Notes: a model not told the origin generated them from the sequence alone. DNA of 64,000 nt from the human T2T-CHM13v2.0 reference genome, Homo sapiens (GCF_009914755.1 NC_060927.1); one strand, 5' to 3'; positions 17,806 to 39,882 are shown, counted from the first letter of the stretch. Program-made: numbers and translations.

Positions 17806-19574
17806 ACATCCTCTTCACTTCTTTTCAACTTTCTGCCTGGCAAAAACGGACCCAGATTTCACAGCTCTTTGTGAAGTCTTCTCCAAACCCACAGCCTTTT
17901 TCACTAAGCAGAAAAGAATTGCTCTACATCACTCTGTACCCTCTGCTTTTAGAACATTTTGGACATATGTACAACTCTCCATTACAGCACATATCACATT
18001 TTCCAAAATGGCAGTCTTTCACTCACTTCCTGCCACATCTGTATCAAGTGACTTGTATCTTATGATGCCAGTTGCAATAACAAAGTGTAATGGAGGAGTC
18101 TTATTTTGCTGACAACTTTGACCCCATAAGTGATGGCTATTAAAATGAACCACTGGACAGAGTATGAACAGCATAGTCTTGGAATTTTCATACAAGCCTC
18201 TTCCTCCATTCTCACAGCCTCAGGAGCAACAAGAACTAATAAAGTAGTTATTAAGAAAAGAAAGAACTTGATAAGCCAGAGAAGATTAAAAAGCAGATCA
18301 GTGGTCAGTATGAAGGCTGAGAAGTTGCCTTCTTGCTGAGTTTAGACTACTTTGCCACTTTTTAATTAAGCAGTCTTTTTGCTCTTGCCAATCAGAAGGC
18401 TTCAGACATCAGTGTTTCTCATATATTGGGTTACATATCTTCACCCCTTAAAGGAATCATGTGGTTAGATGGTTATAAACCAGATGTTTGAGGTGTCTGA
18501 GATATACCTGCAAACAGATTTACTTTGTCCTGGTGGAAATGGCTCCTTGATTATAGGTTAGATACTTTGGGGTACTGCAGAATTCCCTTCCATCTGAGTA
18601 TAATTAGAACATCAGTGCTCTAGTGAACTAAACACAATTTTAAAAAGTAAATGCTGAGAATGCAAATTCTTGGAAAATCCTCTTCACTTTCCATTCTCTG
18701 TGCTGGTAAACTTTAGTTGGATATTTGGAGCCATATCAGAGATCTGAGCAGATCAACAAAGTAATTCCTATTTTTGTGTTGTATTGGGATCCGCTCCATA
18801 AAATGCTTTACATATGCTCAGTCTTTTGTGTGGTAGCCAAGCAGACAGATTTTTCTTGCAAACAGTGTTTTTGAAAATTTGAGCAAATGCTTTTTCTGGC
18901 TTTTTTCCTGTTATTTTCAAGAAAATGTGATGCCTTCTATGATTGAAGCCTGTTACTTTGAAGTTTAATGACAATGGAAGAGAGCAAGAAGTCCTCATTG
19001 ATAATGGACCAGGAAGGAAAGGAACTATATGTATCCCTAAAATATTTATCATTTGTCACATAATTTAGTTTTGATATTATATGCTCCAAACAATAGAAAT
19101 ATTTGTAATTGCCTCTGTTCATTTTTTTCTATATACAGTTTTATTGTTTTGTAATTAGATAATAAAAAGACATATTCCCATTATGCTATTTTAAAATTAA
19201 TAATAAAAATAATATATGCATATTTTGGATAGTTAGAAAATACAAACATATAATAAAAATCCACAGTCACACATACTACTGTTATTAAGAGAAAATTTAT
19301 TATTAATATTTTTGTGAAGAGCTTCCCTGTTATTTTATCTATGTGTGTTTAATTTGTTTTTCAAACTTGGGAGCATGATGTACTATGATGTTTTAGTGAT
19401 ACTTTAGTTAATATATCTTGAGCATTTATTTATATCATTATCTTTTAAAATTTTATATAGCAACCTTATTGTTTTCCTGGTTATAAAAGTTTCTTTTATG
19501 CTAAAATTAAGTAACCTTAAAGTCATCCAAAAATGATTTAATTAAAAAATTCTCGGATAAATAAGAAGCTCTAC

Positions 19575-19900
19575 CTCAGCACTATCCCAGAGAAAATGCG
19601 AAGCAGGTATGTAATTTAAGATTTTCTAATAGCTACATTTTAAAAAGTCAGAAGAAATTTGAAATTAATTTTAATAATATATTCTATTTATCCCAATATA
19701 TTCCTGTATTGCCATTTTAAGATGTAATCATTACAAAATATTATTAATGAGAGATTTCACACTCTTTTTTTATTTTAAATCTTTGAAATCTAGTGTGCAT
19801 TGCACACACACAGCACATCTGAATTCTGACTAGCAACATGTCCAGTGATCAATAGCCATATGTGACTAGTGGCTGCCATGTTGGACGGTGTAGCTCTATA
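19575..19900. mobile_element. MER33-like hAT-Charlie element
   Basis: aattaattttaataatat...cagcacatct...aatagccatatgtgactagtggctgccatgttggac. Confidence 0.75.
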
Positions 19901-20906
19901 TTGTCTCACATTTTTTACTTGTCATCAAACAAAGAAAATATTAAAACTAGCACATACAGGTGTATGATTTCCTTTACATGGACCTTCTTTTATAATTTTT
20001 TTCATATCACATTATCTCATAAGATTCAAAGAGAAGTTTCACATAAAATTTTCCAGTGATCTAAAGGTGAATAATTCTTAAAGACTCCAGCCCTTAAAGA
20101 CTCCTGCCACTGCCACTCTCATCTCCACCCCCAGCAGTCCAGAGTTGTAGGACTTGGGTACTGAACTGCCTGCTTCAGCCACTTTGTGCCCTTGTTATAA
20201 AGCAATTCCTGGATCTCCATGCCTCATGATTTCTTTGAGGTCATGTTTCTAGACTCTAATTTTTATCATTACATTCATTTATCTCCTTATTACATTGGGC
20301 AATTCTACAGACTGTTGTCTTGGGCAGCAGTGTTCAAACTGGGGTCTGGGGATCACTGAGTTTCCAACTTTTTAAAGATAAAGTGCTATGGAGGACATGG
20401 AATGGAAATTCGAGATCAAGGAAGAAAAAAGAAATATGTAAAGATTTCCAACTGTTAAAGAAAACTTTTTATGTATGCTTTAAGGACAATAGTGGGGATC
20501 AAATAGCTTTTATAGTTGTATTGGATTTGTTACATACAAAAGACTTCGAAATTTATTATTTTAGAAATCACATTCTTTGTAATTATTTAAATATATATAT
20601 AATTTATTTATATATAAAGTTAAAATGTGCAATGTGACAGTTTTTAAAAAAAACCAGACAGTATGCAAACAAAAGCTTTGAATACCTCTTAAAATTAGCC
20701 CAGTTCACTTACATCTGGTCCTGAAAAGAACCCCTCTGGCAAGATTCTTAAACTTTCTGCGTTTCTATAATATGGAATAATAATGTTATTTACCTCACAG
20801 TGTTGTAAGGTTAAAATGAGATAACTTATGTAAAAGCCTTTTGTAAATTATGATATATTGGAGAGATGTTTGTTATTCATAATTTCTTTTCTTCCATGAA
20901 TTCCTT

Positions 20907-21225
<319 letters not shown>

Positions 21226-22104
21226 TAATAAAAATATTTCTTGGGCATCTACTTTGTGACAGAGGCTTTTTTAGGGTTTGTAGATACAGTGATGACATAA
21301 AAAGGGAAAGTCCATGTTTTCATAAATCTTACATTTTAGTAGGACTGGCAATTACACAAGTAAACAAATGAACAAAGCAAGACACTTGCAGGTGATGATA
21401 GATGTTAGGAAGGAAATAATACCAGGTATTTCAACTGTTGCTGAATTTCCAATTTATAGTTTTTTGAAAGAAAAGAGCACTGCCGTCATTATATGGAACA
21501 TCTCTTTAACAATGTTCTAGGACTGCCAAGGCCTACAATATTCTACAGGTCCCCACATTCTGACATTATCTCTTCACGTGCTCCTCTATGTCCACTGTGT
21601 TCCAGCCACTGTGACCTCTTTCCTGAGGCTTGAACACTCGAAGTATGCTTCCTCCTTAAGATATTTGTATTGTCTCTGTCCTTTCTCAGGATTGTTTTCT
21701 TCATATGTGCAGGGATAGCTCCTTCATCCCCTTACCTTCTTTTTCTCACATTTAATCTTCTTAATAAAGACTATTTTGGTTATCCTATTTAAAATTGAAA
21801 ACTGTCTCCTTTTTCCTCCAACTCCATATTTCCAATCTACTTTGCTCTATTGTTTTTTCCTATTTTCCCCATAGTATTTACCACATTTTAACAAACTATA
21901 TCATTTACTTATTATTTCTGTCTGCTTCTTCAAGAAGGTAAGCTCCACAGAAGGAGAGGTCCCTAGAACTCTAACTCACTGATGCTGTGCAGTCACTGGC
22001 AACATTTGAATTAAATTGGAATATTCCACCTTAGGGTACTAATTGTTTAACTATTGCTATCTCATTTAATCCTAACAACCACATGAGGTATATTCTATTT
22101 TTAA

Positions 22105-22615
22105 TGCAATTATTTATTGCTGCATGACAAACCACTCCAAAGATGAGTGGATTAATAAGCAACAATTTATTGTTTCTCACTATTCAGTGGGTCAGGAATT
22201 TAGGCATGTCTCAGCTAGATGATTCTCTTTATACATAGATAATCACTCACTTATCTGGCTTCAGCCAGTGTCTCGGCATGGCTGGAGAGTTCGAGAAGTC
22301 CCTACTCAGATGTCTGGTACCTCGGTGTTCCTCTCTCTCACTACATGATTTTTCCCCCATCTAACAGTTTCATCTGAACTTCTCAATAGCACAGCAGCTG
22401 GCTTTCCTGAGAGGGAGCTACCAGACTTCTTAAGGTTTATTGCTGGACCTGGCACAGATTCATTTCTTCTACAATCTATTGCTAAAAGGATTTTACAAGA
22501 CTGGCCTACATTCAAGAAAATGGAAGAAAGACTCTACCTCTCAAGGGGTGGAGCAGTAGGACATACAGAGAGAAAAGAAAAGGATGCCAGCCCACTTTGG
22601 AGACTATCAATTGCA
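22105..22615 (-). mobile_element. MLT1-type MaLR LTR
   Basis: attgctgcatgacaaaccactccaaa...gtgggtcaggaattt. Confidence 0.6.
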
Positions 22616-24671
22616 ATTATTCTCATTTTCTGGACAAGGAAATTGGAGCTCAGATATATTAGGTTGATAAATCAAGCCCAGGCTTCATTGATTCCAGAGC
22701 CTGCACCTTTAAATATTCTGGTTTATGGCCTTTATTAGAGGGGCTCCCACCCTGGCAGAGAGGAGGTCTAGGACTAATGAGACAGACTGTTAAGACTGTT
22801 GGAAAACAGCCACGTCATTAGGGAGGCATGCAGTAAGGGTTTCAGAATCCTATCCTTGCTTCAAGCAGAAGAACTCAACTTCAAATTATTTTACCCATTG
22901 ATCTTGCACATAAAGTTTGATTTGAAGAAGAAATTCCACAGACTTAAACATAGTCAAAGGATACAAAACAGATATATATATATCAAAAACTAGTTTATAT
23001 CTCTATGAATTTAAATCTGACATATTCTATTTCAAAAATATGTGTTTGTTTTTATAATTGTTATTATTCTTATTTTGTTTACAAAGATAAATCCTAAAGA
23101 GATAATAGTTTACCATTTCAAATAGGTATTTTATGCATAAGTCAAGGCTAGTTTTATACAGTGATTTTCAAAATACTAGGTTTTTTTGGAAGCTTCCCTT
23201 CGAGCTCTTTTGTAATGTTATAATGCACAATATATCCAATTTCAATCTGATAGGAAAACTATAACCTTTCCACTGTATTCTTTTCAGGAATACAATTTAG
23301 GGAGCAATTTTTCACGTAGTTTTTGGGCAGGTTACATTACAATTTTTTGCAAACTTGGCACAATGTGATTGTAAATTATAATAACTGTTTCTTCATAATA
23401 CAACAAATACTGGAGAAGGGGAAAATTGTGAGTAGTCATATTTCCACGCTTTAGTCAGAGAAGTGTTCCTTTTCTTATTTTATATGCTACATTTGTGTGC
23501 AAGATTTTGTTTGAAGAAAAGTGTCCACTGCAAAAGAAAAGTATAATTTTAAAACAGTTTTACTAAACAATCTTTAAGCCATAACATTTAACTACAAAGT
23601 CCACGGATTTCTGGCCATAAGGTAATTCATTTGCCAAGATCTGTACCCAATATATTTCTGGAATGTTTAAGGAATTTGATAAAGTTTTTAGCAGTGATTA
23701 TATTAATTGGAAATAGAATTATATAAAATTATATAAAAAAGAATTAAAAACTTCCATTAAATGCTGCTGATAAGCTGGTATAAATATTTTGTTTTGGTAT
23801 AATTATTTTATTTAAGACTGCTTGAAGGTAGTTGGGATGCCCACATTTTCTTTAGAGATATTCTTGACTTTCTAGGACACTGCTTTAGATGAGAAGTGCA
23901 TAGAATCATCCATCTAAGGAAGCAGTGGAGTCCATAACAACTGGCTTATCTGTAATTAAGAACCAGAGAAAATAGAAACTATCCTAACTTTCCAATAGCC
24001 ACAAGCTAAAACATAGTTCAAAATTCATTCTACTTTCTTAATTTTTTTTGGTTTCTTTGCATCCAAACCCTATTTTCAATATGTACTTTTAACAAGCATA
24101 ATTTTCTTGTAACAATTCACTTTTGTTCCTGAAATAGCAACCTGAGAAGCCCGGGATCACTCTAATTCCACATGGACTGAAAAAGAGCCCAACACTTATT
24201 CATCCCACATGAGTGCTAGAAATTAGCAGGGATAGTCAACTCACTAGAGAAAATATTAAGTTCCTCTGGATCTGATTTGACAGTGGCAATTGCTGCACAC
24301 TGGATCTAGAAAACACAGCACTTTATATAATATAATCAAGACAAAACATTTTCTATAGCCCACGCATAGACTCTTGCACTATTAGAACAAATTGGTCACA
24401 GTGTTCTAGCAGAGAGATAGCTTTGGTCTCAAGGCAAATCAGATATAGAACCAGTTACAAGAAATATCATTAGAAGTCATGGATGTTCTGGGTTTGTAAA
24501 CTAGGAAATGATTGTGAAAATTAACAATACATGTGGCCAATGATAAAAGCAAGAAAGTCACTTAGCATGACGTCACTACAACCCCAATAAAAATGTAAAA
24601 GAGCTGAAATAAGCTAGTCATCAATGGGATAGAGAGGAAAGAAGGTATAAACTATAATAAAGAGTTAAGCT

Positions 24672-24780
24672 GATGTAGCCAACCAACCATTTTGGGTTGT
24701 GTGGTACTGAGCGGTTTCCTGGGATACAGAACTTTTAGTTTTAAAACATGTACAGTCCTGAGACAAATTTGTTGCCCAGC
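24672..24780. mobile_element. MER94-like hAT MITE
   Basis: ccaaccaaccatttt...gtactgagcggtttcctgggatacagaactttt...gttgccc. Confidence 0.5.
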
Positions 24781-25797
24781 TCTACCTTCCTTCACTTTCT
24801 TATAACGACCAAGCTTTTTCTTGCCTCAGAGTCATTGCAGAAGCTTTTACTTCTGCTGAGGACATTGAACCTACCTCTCTAGAACACTCAATTACATCTG
24901 GCAAGCTTCAGCTAATTCCATTCGAAATGTTCCTAGAACATCTCAAGATGAACCAGAGAGGAAAAATCAGGTCACATGGATGAACGATGATATGAGTTAC
25001 CACTGACTTATATTAAAATCACCACAAACCAGAAGACAATGATCTGGCATCTTTAGAAAGAAAACCTACAATTCTATAACTAGCAAAAGTATCCTTCAAA
25101 ACTGAAGACAAAATACATTTTCAAATAAACAAAAGCTGAAGGAATGTGTCACCAGAAGATTTACATTATGAAGAATGTTAATGAAATTTCATCAGCCTGA
25201 CAGAAAATTATATAACATTAAAAAATTCAGAGGTACCAAAGAAATCAAGAGCACAAAAAATTGTAAACATGTAGGTAAATATAAATTATTATTTTGTCCT
25301 TGTTTCTTAACTTATCTTAAAGACACATTACAACTGAAAATAAAAATAGTTTTAAAAAATCATGATCAGCTTGTAGCTATTGCTCAACATGGAGAAAACT
25401 GGAAAGAATATGGCTTCCAACCTTACCACAAAAATTTAGACACCAGATAATCTGAAAATTCCCTGTTTTTCTCAAACCTAGCAGATAGCTGAGGTTTCAA
25501 GGCAACAAATACCTGAGGCTTTAAAGCAAACAACTAACCTGAAGTCTAAGGAAAAACATGTGCTCTTAGGAGAAAGGAGAGAAGAACAATTGCTTACCTG
25601 GATCAGGGCCCTACACAAGCCAATAAGAAGAGTTGAAGTATTTATTAAATTACTAAGGGACATGTGTGAGGCAGGAGGAAATTATAAAGCTTCTGAGAAC
25701 AATAGACCCCAAAGTATTAACACTTATTTTCAGGTTCTTATCAATGAATCTTCCCAAGATTCACTAATGAGGGGCAACGAGGAAGAAAGTCCTACTT

Positions 25798-32203
<6,406 letters not shown>

Positions 32204-32639
32204 AGAAAGCCCCACTTCTGGTGCATCTGAAGAGAGAGCAAGGCAGCCACTGTGAGGAAGCCAGAATAACTTGTCTTGATGTTTCCCCGCTATCTCCCAT
32301 GCTGAACAAAAGCTTTAAGCTCCTGAAGAGGGGCACTAAATCCTGTTGCCCTTACATCACAGGTGAAAACTTATTGTAGTTAGGGGAAGAAAACAGTAAC
32401 AACAACAAAAAACCTTCTACTCTGGGAGAGGGGCAAAAAGGCCTGACCTTAGAGATTCCTTGTCACTAGAAGAAGTACCAGATCACAGAGAAGGCTTCAT
32501 CCCTGAGATCCAGTGTTTTAGCAGCTGCCTGACACTGAGAATAAATCCAAACAACGGAGGACACACTCCCTGCCTCTTACCACAAAGCCAGCAAGAGTTG
32601 AGTAGTCAGCAACAGCACTCAACCAGTAGAAAAAATAAA

Positions 32640-33470
32640 GATACTTAAACAGGTACTTTTCAAAAGAAGATATCCAAATGGCCAATAAATATTTTAAACT
32701 ATGTTCAACTCATTAGTAATCAGTAAAATGTGACTTAAATATAAATGAGACATGACTAGGATGTATGAAACTAAAATAACTGACAAATGAAGTGCTTACA
32801 AGGATGTATAAGAATAGGAATTCTCATAAACTGTTGAGGGGGGGTGTAAATGATACATGTGGAAGATTGTAATTTTTAATAAAATTAAACATATACCTGC
32901 TCTCTGACCCAATAATTCCAACGTATATGTTCCAAAGAAATGAGTCCACACATCCACATAGAAACTTCTATGAGAATGACATGGCAGACTTAGTAATAAC
33001 AGCCCAAAGTAAGAGACAATCCAAATGTCAATCAACAATAGAAAGGGAAAATAACTCATCATAAAATCATATGATGCAATACTTTATAGCAATGAAAGGA
33101 ATGAAATACAACTATAGACAACATCACAGATGAGCCTCACAATCAAAATTTTAGTGAAAGGAGCTAGACAGAAAAGAATATCTACTGTATGATTACATTT
33201 TTATAAAGTTCAACAACAGGCAAAATTAATCCCTAGTGATAAAATCCAGAAAGAGATAAGCTTTATGGAAGGGAGTAGGGTAGTGACTGGGAGGGCATAT
33301 GAGGTGTGCGCATAATGCTTTATTTTTTTATTTGCCTAGTAATTACCAATTTGTTCACAATGTCATAATTACTTAAAAGGCACGTGTATGATTTGTGAAC
33401 TCTCCTACATGTCTGTTAGAGTGCAATAACATTTTTTATTGTTAAAAATAATAAAAATAAAATAAAGCAA
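32640..33470 (+). mobile_element. Old L1M(E) 3' region
   Basis: aaaagaagatatccaaatggccaataaat...tactgtatgatt. Confidence 0.7.
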
Positions 33471-34052
33471 AGTAAAGCATATTGATCTCCAAACTTGAGT
33501 AAAATCAATTACTGTGTAATTGGCAGCTATTTATTGATCTAAATTTTTTTCCTGGAAACAAACATTCTGTATTGGTTAAGTGGCTGTGGCATGGGTTACA
33601 TTCTTGGTCTTGATAAGCAGCCCTGTGTAGTCGGTTCAGGTTAAATTAGTCTTTGAGAGAGCAGTGCCCAGTGGGCAGCTTCTCTTTGCTCTTTTCTAGA
33701 CTTTTTACTTGTTTACTTTATGCTCCCTTCCTGCTGAGATGTTTCTGGTATTAACAACAAATAAATGACAGCTGTAGCCTATGAAAAGTAATACCTTAGG
33801 TAATTCTTTTGTGATGAATCATCTGATTTTTTATTAATTCTTTTCCTTTTTGATTCTAAGAGAAAGCAGAGGGCATCACCTGGAATCCTGCCACTGATGA
33901 ACACTCTTTGCTGTTTACTTGCCAATAATTGAGGTATAACAATAGCAGTTATAACAATAGCAATGCTCATTTGCACAGCATTTTAGAAAACATTTTTTAA
34001 ATGAATTATCTCATTTGAACTTTATATCAGTCCTGTTAAGAAAAGTGGAGCA

Positions 34053-34371
34053 CATGAGAACACATAGACACATAGAGCGGAACAACAGACACTGGGTCCT
34101 GCCAGAGGGTGGAGCATGGGAGGAGGGAGAAGATCAGGAAAATTAACTAATGGGTACTAAACTTAATACCTGGGTGATGAAATAATCTGTACAACAAAAC
34201 CCCATGACACAAGTTTACCTGTATAACAAACTTGCACATGTACCCCTGAGCTTAAAATAAAAGTTAAATTAAAAAAAGAGTAACAATTGCAGTGGATTGA
34301 AATATGTTTAATCCTTATGCTTACTCTGATTTTAAAAGAATAAAGCTCACTGGTCACCTTGAGAAAAAAAA
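34053..34371 (+). mobile_element. Short older L1PA 3' end with an ~85-nt 3' transduction, inserted in a MIR
   Basis: TSD AAGAAAAGTGGAGCA at 34038-34052 and 34372-34386 encloses L1 3'UTR, A-rich tail, unique sequence with AATAAA, and a second poly(A). Confidence 0.85.
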
Positions 34372-34745
34372 AAGAAAAGTGGAGCAGACATTATTATCTT
34401 CATTTTATTCAGGAGGAAACTGAGTTTCAGATATATGTTGAAGAATAAATTCTTTATTTGAGACGAGTAGGGAAAGATGAAGCTTTAATATCACTGAATT
34501 TTTGTCTTCCCAGAAGTAGATCCTGAGCCAAGTGCAAAGAGTTTCTTTGGAACAAGAAAACATGACAAGGAAGTGGAGAAATGAGAGCGGCAAGGTAAAT
34601 CAACAAATAAATAATTGGTTATCAAATCATTTACCACTGCGGGCTAGTAGTATTTAATCCTGCTCTAGGAACAAGAATGATATTATCCTAACCCAAAGAG
34701 CAAAGGAAGTAGGAGCTAGGGTATTTATCCACCCACATTGAGGCC

Positions 34746-35100
34746 TATATTAGTCCGTTTTCACACTGATATAAAGAAATACCCGAGACTGGGTAATTTA
34801 TAAAGGAAAGAGATTTAATAGACTCACAGTTCCACACGGTTGGGGAGGCTTCAGGAAACTTCATGGTGGAAGGTGAAGGGGAAGCAAGGACCTTCTTCAT
34901 ATGGCAGCAGGAGACAGAAGTAAAATTAGGGAAAATGACAAACACTTATAAAACCATCAGATCTCCTGAGAACTCACTCACTATCATGAGAACAGCATGG
35001 GGGAAACGGCCTTCATGATGCAATCACCTCCCTCCTTCAACACTTCCGGATTACAATTTGAGATGAGATTTGGGTGGGGACATAGATCCAAACCATATCA
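34746..35100 (-). mobile_element. THE1D/MSTA MaLR solo LTR
   Basis: tatattagtccgttttcacact...aaccatatca; near-TSD AGGCC/GGGCC. Confidence 0.88.
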
Positions 35101-36154
35101 GGGCCATTAACTTTCTTCCTCTTCTGTCCTGTTTGCATAGGTGGACAAAGGGGATTTTGGAGACCAAAAAAGTCCTCAGGCAAACAGATGCAGGTGCTAG
35201 CAGTTGGAAGTCAGGCCCAAGAGCTCTGATGCGTGTGATAATATGGGAATTAATAAGCCTGCTATATTTGGTAAATAAGAGAATTGTCTTATCATTTGTG
35301 ATTGCTTTCCTTGCATCCATTTCCTATCTCTTTCTTCTTGTACAAGAATTTCCTATTACTTTTAGGGACCAAAGGGTGGATCAGGCAACTTAAGCTGGTC
35401 CAAAAAGAGTTATATGTTAACTTTTTCTGGATCTCTGGGAGAAAGTTCCCACTTTATCCTGATGAATGTGGAAAAAGAAGCCTGTAGCCCCAGCAACTGC
35501 TGGAGTGATGTTGACATTATAAAAGAAGATAACCTGAAGATGAAGCTTATAAAGGGGAAGATAGAGTGGAAACACAAACCCAGTTTCTTAATGACATTAT
35601 TAATCCCTGGCTCAAGACTTACCTGATTCAAGCTGAAAAACTTGACTTTATGATTAAGTAAAATAATTGATTCCCTTTAGTGTTTAAGCAAGTTGGAGTC
35701 TCTTATGTTTTCACTTACAATGAAAGAAATCTAATATTTAATCTAAAATAGTGTTCATTTGAAGAAGCATTATCATTTTACATACTACTGGGGAAAAAAT
35801 ACTTCCAATTAAACTAAGAATCAATGACTTACAATCCCTAAGGTTTTGAAAATTTTATATGTTTTGAAAGATCTCTGTTAGACATTTTTAGATGTAGATT
35901 TTTAAAATATAAGTTTTGGGGGGTATTCATTAGAAGGAGTATAAGGGTGAGAGTCAAATATGCTAGTTACGAGAATCCTAAAATGTGTTCCCACTCAGAG
36001 TCCAACTCTTCTCAAATCATTTCAATCGTGAGCATCATCAGTGCTCATATGTTCTTACTACATCTTCCTTGGCAACATAACTTTTCTTAAATTGAAAAAC
36101 AGGAAACCGATCTGTTTTCTGTTACTACAGAAATCTAGAAATGCTAAAATTCTA

Positions 36155-37150
36155 GCATTTAATATAAATGGAATAATACTACACTATGTACTCTCGTTTC
36201 TTTATGCACTTTTCTAAGACGTTCCATGTTGTCACATGTAGCAGTAATTCATTCTTTTTTATTACTGAGTAGTACTATATTGTATGTTTATAGTTTTCTA
36301 TCTATTCGTCCAGTTTGGAGCTACTGTGATTATACCCACTATAAGCATTTGTGTACAAGATTTTCTATAGACATGTATTTTATTTCTATTAGGTAAATAT
36401 CTAGGGATGGAACTGATATGTCATATAGTAAGTATATGCTTTACTTCAACATTACTGCAAAATTTATTCCAAAGTGCTTATATATTCCCACTAGTATGTA
36501 TGAGACTTTTAGTTGCCCCATTTTCTTCCCAACATGTGATACTGCCGATCTTTTAAAAAACAATTTTGCCTTTCAGGTGAATGTATAGTGATATCTCATT
36601 ATTTTAATATGTGTGTTCCTGATAATTAATAATGTGTTTATTAGCTGTTTGTATGTCTTATTTTGTGAAGTGTTTGTTCAAATATTTTGCCCATCTTTTT
36701 TTAAATTGGGTGTTTGCCTTTTTATTAGAGTAACGAAAGTTTTAATGTTTACTGGAGACTTCTCTCTATCAGATATCTGTACTGTAATTTTTTTTTCCAA
36801 TTAGTGGCTTTTCTTTTGCTTTCCATAGTAATGCCTTTCAAAGAGTAGTTTCTTTTTTATTTTGATTACATTTAATTTATAATTTTTTTCTTATAATGTT
36901 GGTACTTTTGTAACCTATCTAAGAAATCTTAAGAAATCTTCTTCTTTTTAACTCTATATTAACAAAGATTTTCTTTGTTGCCTTTTAGAAATTTTGTAGT
37001 TTCAGCTTTTATGTTTAGATCTATGGTCCATTTTGCATTTTTTGTGTGTGTGTCATGTGTGATAAAGGTCAAGACTTTTTTTTTTCCAAACAAGTTTCCA
37101 GTTGTTTGAGAATTGTTAGTAAAAGATTATACTCTCCCTATTGAAATATT
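36155..37150 (-). mobile_element. Old L1M fragment
   Basis: ataaatggaataatac...gtgatatctcattatttta...tccagttgtt. Confidence 0.65.
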
Positions 37151-37158
37151 TAGGTACT

Positions 37159-37708
37159 TGTATTAGTCAGAGTTCTCTAGAGGAACGGGACTAATAGGAT
37201 AGATGTATATATAACAGGGAGTTTATTAAGGAGTATCGACTCACAGGATCACACGGTGAAGTCCCACAATAGGCCATCTGCAAGCTGAGGAGCAAGGAAG
37301 CCAGTCTGAGTCCCAAAACCTCAAAAGTAGAGAAGCAGACAGTGCAGCCTTCAGTCTGTGGCTGAAGGCCTGACAGCCCCTGGCAAACCACTGGTGTAGG
37401 TCCAAGAGTCCGAAAGCTGAAGAACTTGGAGTCCGATGTTTGAGGGCAGGAAGCATCCAGCATGGGAAAAAGATGGAGGCCAGAAGACTTAGTCAGTCTA
37501 GTCCTTCCACGTCCTTCTGCTTGCTTTTATCTTAGCTGCACTGGCAGCTGTTTAAATTGTGCCCACCTAGATTGAAGGTGAGTCTGCCTCTTCTAGTCCA
37601 CTGACTCAAATGTTAGTGTCCTTTGGCAACACCCTCATAGACAAACCCAGGAATAGTACTTTAAATTCTTCAATCCATTCAAGTTGACACTCAGTATTAA
37701 CTATCGCA
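37159..37708 (-). mobile_element. MLT2A2-like ERVL solo LTR
   Basis: tgtattagtcagagttctctagagg...caagttgacactcagtattaactatcgca; GTACT on both sides. Confidence 0.88.
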
Positions 37709-37712
37709 GTAC

Positions 37713-38304
37713 TATAAACCAAAAATTAAATGAATGTCCTCCAACCATCTGAATGGACTTCCTCCTCAGCCAGGGCTCTTTTAAAATTTAACTTGAAAGA
37801 TTGGTTCAAGCCATGACAGAAGCGGGGTTGGACGTTTCTCTTTATACCTCTCTGGCATTAACGTCCACACAGACTTTAAGTCTGATAAGGGACATTTTAC
37901 AACCTGTCTCTGAAGCCTGTTACCTGGAGGCTTCATCTGCATGATAAAACTTTGGTCTCCAGGACCTCTTATCTCGACCCAGACATACCTTTCTATTGAT
38001 CCCAGGTCTTCGGTTAAACTAAACCAATTGTCAAGCAGAAAATGTTTAAATCTACCTATAAGCTGGACCCCACTCCCCTTCAAGTTGTCCCACCTTTCTG
38101 GATCAAACCAATGTTTTTCTTAACTGTAATTGATTTAAGTCCTATCCCTCCCTAAAATGTATAAAACCATCCTGCATCCCCAACCACCTTAGGCACAAGT
38201 TCTCAGGACCTCCTGAGGGCTGTGTCACAGGCCATGGACACTTATATTTGGCTCAGAATAAATCTCTTCAAATATTTTACAGAGTTTGATGCCTTTCATC
38301 GACA
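37713..38304 (+). mobile_element. MER4-family ERV1 solo LTR
   Basis: tataaaccaaaaatt...aataaatctcttcaaatattttacagagttt...cgaca; 4-bp TSD GTAC. Confidence 0.8.
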
Positions 38305-38657
38305 GTACAAATATTAAAATTTAGCCTTATATAAATGGATCTATTTCAGTAGTCTGTTATTTTGTTTCTTTCATTTTTATGTCTGCCTTTACATCAACTC
38401 TATACTGGATTATTGGAACCATATACCCTTGGGAGGGGTCCTGGGTGATGGGCTATATCCATATGATAGCTTCCATTTAAAATGCCTCAAAGAGCTAAGA
38501 TTTAAAAATCCTTGAATAACTAATGTGAAGGTACTCCCCAATACATAAGGGACTGGATTTTGAAGAAAAACAAAATTTAGTTTAGAGTTACCGAAGTTTA
38601 CATGTAGGATACAAAATGTATACTTAGTATACAAAAGAGAGACTGTGTGGTCTCTTT

Positions 38658-38676
38658 TTTGCCATCTAGTGGAAAG
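38658..38676 (-). promoter_or_regulatory. CTCF motif candidate
   Basis: Minus strand reads TTTCCACTAGATGGCAAAA, matching the CTCF core CCAC(C/T)AG(A/G)(G/T)GGC. Confidence 0.55.
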
Positions 38677-38900
38677 CTACTGTGATTCAGTTCTATTTGA
38701 GGCCTGTATTTGAAAATTGGAAGGAATCTCAGTTACTGTGTAGTAAAGCAGTTCTCAAACCTGGTTTGCATTGCCTAGGGAAGTATATATTTCCCAATAA
38801 TCAGGCGTTCTCCACCATTTAAACATATATTTTTTACTTTATTACCACCTATTATATTTATACTAATATTTTGTATAACCTTTTTTAAAACAATTTAAAG

Positions 38901-39882
<982 letters not shown>

